A DNA stretch of 11,413 bases from an uncultured Cytophagaceae bacterium (lineage in GTDB: Bacteria > Bacteroidota > Bacteroidia > Cytophagales > Microscillaceae). Shown in pieces: positions 6,201-11,413 of the stretch. The notes below the pieces were generated by a model. That model saw only the letters and a list, made by a program, of their open reading frames with translations, was not told where the DNA came from and did not search any database. Position 1 is the first letter of the stretch, and each line of letters begins with the position of its first letter. Where the stretch lies: the NCBI GenBank assembly GCA_964480455.1, contig CAYZQI010000153.1, positions 1 to 11,413 on the forward strand, read 5' to 3'. The translations under genes and the position numbers were made by a program.

Positions 6201-7028
6201 TTATTGCTGAATCATTCTTAGCTCGTTGTCAGCATTGAATGGAATCCCCAAAACAGTTTCTTCTACACTGTTACTAAAATTCAATTTAGTAGCACTTAGC
6301 TCAGAAATCTGAAAGGTAACGGTTTTGTATTCGTTCTGCCCTGAAGGGAAGCTAATGCCCAGTTCCTGATTGTTACTGCTCAAAGACCAAACCGCAGGGC
6401 TAGGGATACCGCTGATAGTGAGGGTATTGATACCCAGAATGGTACGGAAGCGTAGCGTAAGTGTGGGTGGTTGATTTATCAGACGTACTGCAGGGTCTTG
6501 GCTTACATCAAAAAGACCTGCCATATCATTTCCTGTACTTGTCCAAGTGCCCGTGGTGAGTGCAGAATTGGTAACAGGAGCAGTAGGTGCTGCATCTTGC
6601 GGAATGAGGCGAAGTTCTGCCCCTGCCTGAATGACGATAAGCCCTCCGAAAAAGCTCAAATCTTGCCCAGCAGGTGCTTTGAACACCAAGGAAGTCTGCG
6701 AAACGGTAAAATCCACGTTGTTACTGCTAAACTGTAAGCCTGTGGCACTGCTGGGGTAAGTCAAAGTCATTTGTGTACCTCCATCATTGAGCGACCAAAC
6801 ACTTCCTGGAATCCCATTGATATTGACTAGGGCGGGGGTAGCTGTGAAACGCATGCTGATGTTGAACTCTGTACCTGGCACTTTGCTATTGTTGGCATAA
6901 ATGCCATCTACTTTCCAAGTGGTGCGTACCAAAAGGGCGGCTGGTCCTTCGGGGTCGCTAGTGTCTTCGCAAGCATTGAAAGTAAACAGTAAAAGTAGGG
7001 ACAGAAGCAGTAATGCTAATTTTTTCAT
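6201..7028 (-). CDS. Ser/Thr/Asn-rich lipoprotein of unknown function, predicted beta-rich and cell-surface or periplasmic.
   Basis: The ATG at 7026-7028 gives 'MKKLALLLLSLLLLFTFNACEDTSDPEG', a signal peptide plus lipobox Cys. The ORF-track start at 7127 adds 33 residues lacking signal character. The gene sits 10 bp downstream of the ABC ATPase gene on the same strand (operon) and has host-like G+C (about 49% in my sample). Confidence 0.7.
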   Translation of the reverse strand: MKKLALLLLSLLLLFTFNACEDTSDPEGPAALLVRTTWKVDGIYANNSKVPGTEFNISMRFTATPALVNINGIPGSVWSLNDGGTQMTLTYPSSATGLQFSSNNVDFTVSQTSLVFKAPAGQDLSFFGGLIVIQAGAELRLIPQDAAPTAPVTNSALTTGTWTSTGNDMAGLFDVSQDPAVRLINQPPTLTLRFRTILGINTLTISGIPSPAVWSLSSNNQELGISFPSGQNEYKTVTFQISELSATKLNFSNSVEETVLGIPFNADNELRMIQQ

Positions 7029-7038
7029 CTTTTTAGGA

Positions 7039-7659
7039 TTAAAGTTTGTAATTTGTAATATGAACCTGATGGGTGCAAAAATCATATTCGTGCCCTTGGT
7101 TTGAGCAAATAACGACAAGTTGCTCACTCAGATTATTACTTACGGATTGTTTGTACCATTCGGTTGCCTCTTTATCGAGATTAGAGGTAGGCTCGTCAAG
7201 CAGCAAAACAGGTACATCAGTACAAAAAGCCAAGCCCAGTTTGAGCCTTTGCTTCATACCCGAAGAAAAATATTTGATGGGTTTGTGGGTAGCTTTTTGC
7301 AAGCCTATGTATTCTATGAAGGCTTCGCTACTGAGGTTTTCTCTAAATTTTTTGAACTTTGCCTGAAATTCTACTTGCTCTTTGAGTGTAAACTCTTCAA
7401 TCAGCTCTAAGTAAGGAGCAGCCCAGACGAGGTGTTTGTACCATTCCTCGGGAGAGATTGCTTTTCCATTTTGTTGATAAATCATTGTGCCTCCACTTTG
7501 AGGTAATATGCCTGAAAGTATCTTCAAAAAAGTAGATTTACCGCTGCCATTAGGGCCTAGTATGGCATAGCTCTCGCCCTGTTTAAGATGAAGATTCATA
7601 TTTTTGAAAATCCACTCATACTTAAATTTTTTGCTCAGTTGCTCTATGATGATGTCCAA
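7039..7659 (-). CDS. ABC transporter ATP-binding protein. It is short (206 aa), initiates at TTG, and has no permease gene adjacent.
   Basis: Walker A 'GPNGSGKST', Q-loop, signature 'FSSGMKQRLKLG', Walker B 'VLLLDEPTSNLD' and an H-loop region. The start codon on the minus strand is TTG (plus-strand caa at 7657-7659). An in-frame TAA lies 5 codons upstream (7675-7677) with no ATG/GTG between. The spacing of Walker A (Gly35) fits the TTG start. Confidence 0.85.
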   Translation of the reverse strand: MDIIIEQLSKKFKYEWIFKNMNLHLKQGESYAILGPNGSGKSTFLKILSGILPQSGGTMIYQQNGKAISPEEWYKHLVWAAPYLELIEEFTLKEQVEFQAKFKKFRENLSSEAFIEYIGLQKATHKPIKYFSSGMKQRLKLGLAFCTDVPVLLLDEPTSNLDKEATEWYKQSVSNNLSEQLVVICSNQGHEYDFCTHQVHITNYKL

Positions 7660-7807
7660 TGTCTTTTTGAAAAATTAAATGTGATGCATAATTGCGAAAT
7701 ACATAAAAAACTAGGTCTAAACCCCTGCATTATTTTTGGAATTATCGTATCTATTCAAAAAATAATTACGTTTTGGAAGTAATTATCTCACTAATTACCT
7801 TTTTATT
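7660..7807. promoter_or_regulatory. Divergent intergenic promoter region between the ABC ATPase/lipoprotein operon (-) and the 7808 secreted-protein gene (+). It contains an exact TAnnTTTG -7 box on the plus strand.
   Basis: 'tatttttg' at 7731-7738 matches the Bacteroidota sigma-A -7 consensus TAnnTTTG. No well-spaced -33 TTG was found. The region is AT-rich and 148 bp long. Confidence 0.2.
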
Positions 7808-8689
7808 ATGCAAAAATACCTGCTTATTTTATTATTTGTTTGCTTTGCTGCTTGCGTCTCGGCACAAGAGCAAATTTCTTTAAAAAAAGTCCTTGAAGAG
7901 AAACAAGTAGAGGCAAAATTTAATGGCAATTCAAAAAGTACACACTACATCAAGCCCCTCAAAGGTACACTGAAAAACATCACCAAAAAAAACTTACTCA
8001 TTCTGATACCCGCAGGGAGTTTTTTTAGCTCTGAACCCGAAGACTACCAAGACATTGTCATTACTCAAGATTTATTGCTGAGCCTTGCGCCCAACCAAAG
8101 CCGAAGCCTAGAACTATTGGGTGTGTGTGTAGAAAGTAGTAATTCCTCACCTTCTGATGCAACTCATTATACACTTGCCCCAAGTCCCCACCCACACTAC
8201 GAAACCTTGGCAAAATTTGTCAATGAAAAAAAATACTATGGGTTATCAGAGACCCAGCACGCCTTCTGGGTTTTGAGTGATAGTCTGGAAATGATAGAGG
8301 TCTATGGCAGTCAAGAAAAGGCTTCGCTAGACCTGCTAGAGCAACTTAGTCAGCTAACCCAGCAAGTCATTCCAGACCTGAGCGAGGTGAAGAAGTACTA
8401 TCAATTGGATTTGAATGGACAAAATATCAGCACTTTTACCAATCCACCAAGACGCAGTATGAGTGGTAGTTTTTTCTTTCAACTCAATAAAACCAAACGT
8501 GTGCAAATAGGAATGTTTACAGAACAAGGGGTGCTCGTAAGAGAGCTTTACCTCAACCCTACTTGCCCCATAGGCAATCATAAAGTAGAATATGCCTTTG
8601 ATGCTACTGTATATGCCGACCCTGTCTATCATTTTAAGCTCATTACTGATGATTATATTTGGATAGATATGCCTGTGGGAGAAAGGTAA
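7808..8689 (+). CDS. Secreted protein or lipoprotein of unknown function.
   Basis: The N-terminal 'MQKYLLILLFVCFAACVSAQEQ' is a signal peptide with a possible lipobox Cys (FAAC) or an SPI site after VSA. The 293-aa protein has no motif I recognise. Confidence 0.65.
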   Translation: MQKYLLILLFVCFAACVSAQEQISLKKVLEEKQVEAKFNGNSKSTHYIKPLKGTLKNITKKNLLILIPAGSFFSSEPEDYQDIVITQDLLLSLAPNQSRSLELLGVCVESSNSSPSDATHYTLAPSPHPHYETLAKFVNEKKYYGLSETQHAFWVLSDSLEMIEVYGSQEKASLDLLEQLSQLTQQVIPDLSEVKKYYQLDLNGQNISTFTNPPRRSMSGSFFFQLNKTKRVQIGMFTEQGVLVRELYLNPTCPIGNHKVEYAFDATVYADPVYHFKLITDDYIWIDMPVGER

Positions 8690-8761
8690 ATGTTATTTTT
8701 CTTGTGCTAGAACTATTCCTCACGGATTATCGATACTTCTTGTATTTTGAAAAACAAATAC

Positions 8762-8810
8762 TAAACCCTCGTGCAAGCCTCTTGGCTTGCACAGCGGGCA
8801 AAAGGCATTC
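8762..8810 (+). repeat. Copy B of the roughly 49-bp intergenic hairpin repeat (core cgtgcaagcc-tctt-ggcttgcaca).
   Basis: 41 of 49 identities to 4285-4333 in the same orientation. In the core stem an A->G change restores a base pair relative to copy A (compensatory-like). It lies in the convergent intergenic region between the 7808-8689 (+) and 8947-9852 (-) genes. Confidence 0.6.
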
Positions 8811-8946
8811 ATCGCTACTTTATTTCATATTTCTTTTGAATCGAGGTTTAAGTGAAAATGCTTGAATCAGTATCAGACTATATCATTTTCAAATCAAAAT
8901 GACATGTAGTTTTTTTGACTTTTTGCACAATCTCTTGGTTGGCAAT

Positions 8947-9852
8947 CTACCTTGGTGTGGTGAGCTGGTCATATTTTTGGGCATTGGTAGGGTCTAGTTT
9001 GGTAGCCAAAGTTTGTACTTCTTGGCGCATTTCGGCAGGTGCTTCTTTGAAGATGTTTACAATTTCTTGATTTTTGCTGTCAAAAAATATATTCACTAAT
9101 AAAGAAGAAGGCTTCAACTGATTAGACTCTTCTACTGCCTTGAGTGCTTCAAATATATTTTCTCGTGCTTTGTCTGAATCTATCAAAAAAGTATCTAAGC
9201 CCAATCTGTGGTATTGATAGAGTGCCTTGCGCAGGGGTAGCATTTGCTGACTATTAAGGTTTTCTATGAGCCAGAACCGGTTACGATTGCCTTGTGTGCG
9301 TCCCCAGCCAATCTCCCCCGAGGGAACAATATTGACGATATTGAAGGCTTGTTCTACATACGGACTTCCTCCTAGTTCTGAAAAACTGTCATAATCCATA
9401 GCAAGGATAACATAGGCATAGAAAGCCAGCATAGAGGTCAGATTGCTGGTAAAACTATTAGGAGAAAAGATGAGTGGCTGCCCTTGCGTGTAAGTAAATC
9501 TAAAATCACGGTCGACAAAGCTAATCAGATTGGTTTCATAACTGGTATTGAAGACAGGTCTTGAGGCTTGTATTTGGGCAGTAGCTTCAAATACGTTTTG
9601 CGCAGGTGATTTTTGGAGTGTAATAGAGAGGTTACAATCTATCTGTTCGCCCTTACCGAACTCGTCAAGAGTCCATTTTTGGTTATTCATAAAAGTATTA
9701 ATTGCCTTTTGGAGGTCATCAAATAAGACCTTTTCAGTGGCCTGATTGGTTACAAGGGCAGTAGCATCTACTATTACATTGCAGTTGAGTTCTTGGGCAT
9801 TGGCTGCCCAACTTATCAACATCAATAGACTAAAAGCAAGATTTCGTATCAT
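8947..9852 (-). CDS. Secreted protein of unknown function (possibly DUF4835-like; family name recalled with low certainty).
   Basis: ATG at 9850-9852. The signal peptide 'MIRNLAFSLLMLISWAANAQ' has an AxA cleavage site. The protein is 301 aa, and the stop is a plus-strand 'cta' at 8947-8949. It lies downstream of sucC on the same strand, separated by a terminator. Confidence 0.7.
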   Translation of the reverse strand: MIRNLAFSLLMLISWAANAQELNCNVIVDATALVTNQATEKVLFDDLQKAINTFMNNQKWTLDEFGKGEQIDCNLSITLQKSPAQNVFEATAQIQASRPVFNTSYETNLISFVDRDFRFTYTQGQPLIFSPNSFTSNLTSMLAFYAYVILAMDYDSFSELGGSPYVEQAFNIVNIVPSGEIGWGRTQGNRNRFWLIENLNSQQMLPLRKALYQYHRLGLDTFLIDSDKARENIFEALKAVEESNQLKPSSLLVNIFFDSKNQEIVNIFKEAPAEMRQEVQTLATKLDPTNAQKYDQLTTPR

Positions 9853-9908
9853 ACTTGAATATTTATGGGGTAACGGTCAATGTTGCTTATTTTGTTAATC
9901 AATCAACG

Positions 9909-9945
9909 AAAAACAGCCAAAATATGCTTTATCTTGGCTGTTTTT
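9909..9945 (-). terminator. Intrinsic terminator (symmetric, potentially bidirectional) downstream of sucC.
   Basis: 'aaaaa-cagccaa-[13 nt]-ttggctg-ttttt'. The arms aacagccaa (9912-9920) and ttggctgtt (9934-9942) are flanked by A5 and T5 tracts. Confidence 0.5.
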
Positions 9946-9969
9946 ACACAAAAGTAATGTTCAAATATT

Positions 9970-11160
9970 TTAAGATAAGGCTTCTTTTACTCTTTCGGCA
10001 GCATCTTTCAAAAGAATGGCAGAAGATACCTTTAAGCCTGATTCTTCAATGATTTTTGCACCATCTTCGGCATTGGTACCTTGTAGGCGCACAATGATAG
10101 GCACTTCTATATTGCCAATATTTTTGTAAGCCTCTACTACCCCACTTGCTACACGGTCGCAGCGGACAATTCCACCAAATACATTAATCAAGATGGCTTT
10201 TACGTTGGGGTCTTTCAAGATGATTCTAAAACCAGCTTCTACGGTCTGGGCATTTGCTCCACCTCCTACATCAAGAAAGTTGGCAGGCTCGCCGCCAGAG
10301 AGCTTGATGATGTCCATTGTAGCCATAGCAAGCCCTGCACCATTCACCATACAGCCCACATTGCCATCGAGTTTTACGTAGTTGAGGTCAGCTTTCTTGG
10401 CTTCCACCTCGAGTGGTTCTTCCTCCCTGATGTCACGCAGTTCTGCCAAGTCTTTATGTCGATAGAGCGCATTGTCATCAAGGTTTACCTTGGCATCTAC
10501 GGCAATTATTTTATTATCGGAGGTTTTCAGTACAGGGTTAATTTCAAAAAGCGAGGCATCTATGTCTTCGTAAGCACGGTAGAGTGCTGTGATAAACTTT
10601 ACCATTTCTTTGTGTGCTTGTCCTTCTAGCCCCAATGCAAAGGCAAGTTTACGTGCTTGAAAAGGCTGTAAGCCTACGCGTGGGTCTATAAATTCTTTTA
10701 AGATTTTTTCGGGTGTATTATGTGCCACTTCCTCTATGTCCATACCGCCTTCGGTACTTGCCACTATGACATTGCGGCTGGTGTCGCGGTCAAGCAATAC
10801 ACTCATATAATACTCTTTGGGTTCGCTCTCTCCAGGGTAATAGACATCTTGGGCTATCAGTACTTGGTGTACTTTTTTGCCCTCAAGGCCTGTCTGTGGC
10901 GTTACGAGTTGCATGCCCAGTATTTGGTCTGAAAGTGCTTTTACGTCATCATAACTTTTGGCAATTTTTACGCCCCCGCCTTTGCCTCTGCCTCCAGCGT
11001 GGATTTGGGCTTTCACTACAAACCAAGTAGAGCCTGTTTCTTTATTGACTTCTTTGGCAGCTTTGAGGGCATCTTCGGGGCTGGTAGCCACTACACCTTC
11101 TTGAATGCCTACGCCATAACGCTTCAGTATTTCTTTGGATTGATATTCGTGTAGATTCAT
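9970..11160 (-). CDS. sucC: Succinyl-CoA synthetase (ADP-forming succinate--CoA ligase) beta subunit.
   Basis: '[17 protein letters not shown]' is the canonical SucC N-terminus (ATP-grasp domain), and the C-terminal CoA-ligase domain '[18 protein letters not shown]...' (here [20 protein letters not shown]) is present. 396 aa, with ATG at 11158-11160 verified. Confidence 0.95.
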   Translation of the reverse strand: MNLHEYQSKEILKRYGVGIQEGVVATSPEDALKAAKEVNKETGSTWFVVKAQIHAGGRGKGGGVKIAKSYDDVKALSDQILGMQLVTPQTGLEGKKVHQVLIAQDVYYPGESEPKEYYMSVLLDRDTSRNVIVASTEGGMDIEEVAHNTPEKILKEFIDPRVGLQPFQARKLAFALGLEGQAHKEMVKFITALYRAYEDIDASLFEINPVLKTSDNKIIAVDAKVNLDDNALYRHKDLAELRDIREEEPLEVEAKKADLNYVKLDGNVGCMVNGAGLAMATMDIIKLSGGEPANFLDVGGGANAQTVEAGFRIILKDPNVKAILINVFGGIVRCDRVASGVVEAYKNIGNIEVPIIVRLQGTNAEDGAKIIEESGLKVSSAILLKDAAERVKEALS

Positions 11161-11413
11161 GAGTTAAATAATTTTTATTTTTAAGAGAATTGATGATTAA
11201 GATTTAAACATAAGATTGCAAAAACAAGTGGGGAAAGGCAATCTTTTAATTTTGCCCTAAACTAAGCAATAAATTTAAAAACTTAAAAAATATTTATAGC
11301 CTGATTAAATTTTCTGATGATGATTTTGATAAAAGCGTATTCTTGACGTTTATAAAAATTTAGACTTTGGACATAATTTTTTGGGAAGAGATTAGCAAAG
11401 ACAGATACTTCTT

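Noticed and set aside
8121-8131. (GT)5 microsatellite gtgtgtgtgt within the 7808-8689 CDS.
   Set aside because: It is too short to be a credible phase-variation tract and encodes an ordinary 'GVCVE' segment. It is likely coincidental.
4285-8810. The two ~49-bp repeats as attL/attR or target-site duplications delimiting a single 4.5-kb mobile island.
   Set aside because: The compositional anomaly (about 35% G+C) is confined to 4400-6120. Genes between 6200 and 8690 have host-like composition. No integrase, transposase or recombinase gene lies between the copies. A dispersed REP-like repeat is the more economical explanation, though synteny comparison could overturn this.
8659-8865. 68-aa ORF spanning repeat copy B (8659-8865 +), and a 65-aa ORF at 9855-10052 overlapping the sucC terminator and 3' end.
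   Set aside because: They lie across an intergenic hairpin repeat or terminator, have no start context or motifs, and show Leu/Phe-rich composition from AT-rich DNA. They are spurious.
11161-11413. Possible promoter elements (TTGACG at 11344-11349, TA-rich boxes) at the right end of the window.
   Set aside because: Motif spacing does not fit either a sigma-70 (-35/-10) or a Bacteroidota (-33/-7) architecture. Any gene they would serve lies outside the window, and the sucC promoter must be on the other strand.
1-11413. Scan for CRISPR arrays, tRNA/rRNA genes, and transposase or integrase genes.
   Set aside because: I found no regularly spaced direct repeats, no cloverleaf-compatible tRNA-like segments, and no ORF with DDE, tyrosine or serine recombinase motifs. 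None can be supported from the sequence.

Overview
The window looks like a Bacteroidota-type chromosomal segment. This placement is my inference from AT-rich intergenic regions, lipoprotein-type signal peptides and a TAnnTTTG-like -7 box. It holds nine credible genes and no rRNA, tRNA or CRISPR. Left to right: (1) a short VOC/glyoxalase-fold protein on the minus strand that resembles only the N-terminal half of a two-domain ring-cleaving dioxygenase. (2) A KdsC-like HAD-IIIA phosphatase with a C-terminal extension. (3) An 833-aa bacterial homologue of the eukaryotic major vault protein (MVP), recognisable across the repeat, shoulder and cap-helix regions, with an in-frame 15-bp tandem duplication in the cap-helix. 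(4) A compact, translationally coupled two-gene cassette: an ABC/AAA_21-type ATPase (OLD-family N-terminal domain-like) followed by a small TOPRIM-like protein with an LLVEG...DxD motif. The cassette is much more AT-rich than its neighbours (my hand counts: about 35% G+C, against about 44-50% in flanking genes). A roughly 49-bp hairpin-containing repeat lies just upstream of it and a bidirectional terminator just downstream. I read this as a horizontally acquired, split OLD-/AbiL-/PARIS-like candidate anti-phage module that does not match a canonical named system. (5) A convergent minus-strand operon of an orphan, short, TTG-initiated ABC ATPase plus a Ser/Thr-rich lipoprotein. (6) A divergent secreted or lipoprotein gene, a second copy of the 49-bp repeat, a secreted protein of unknown function (possibly DUF4835-like), and a confident succinyl-CoA synthetase beta subunit (sucC) with its own terminator.
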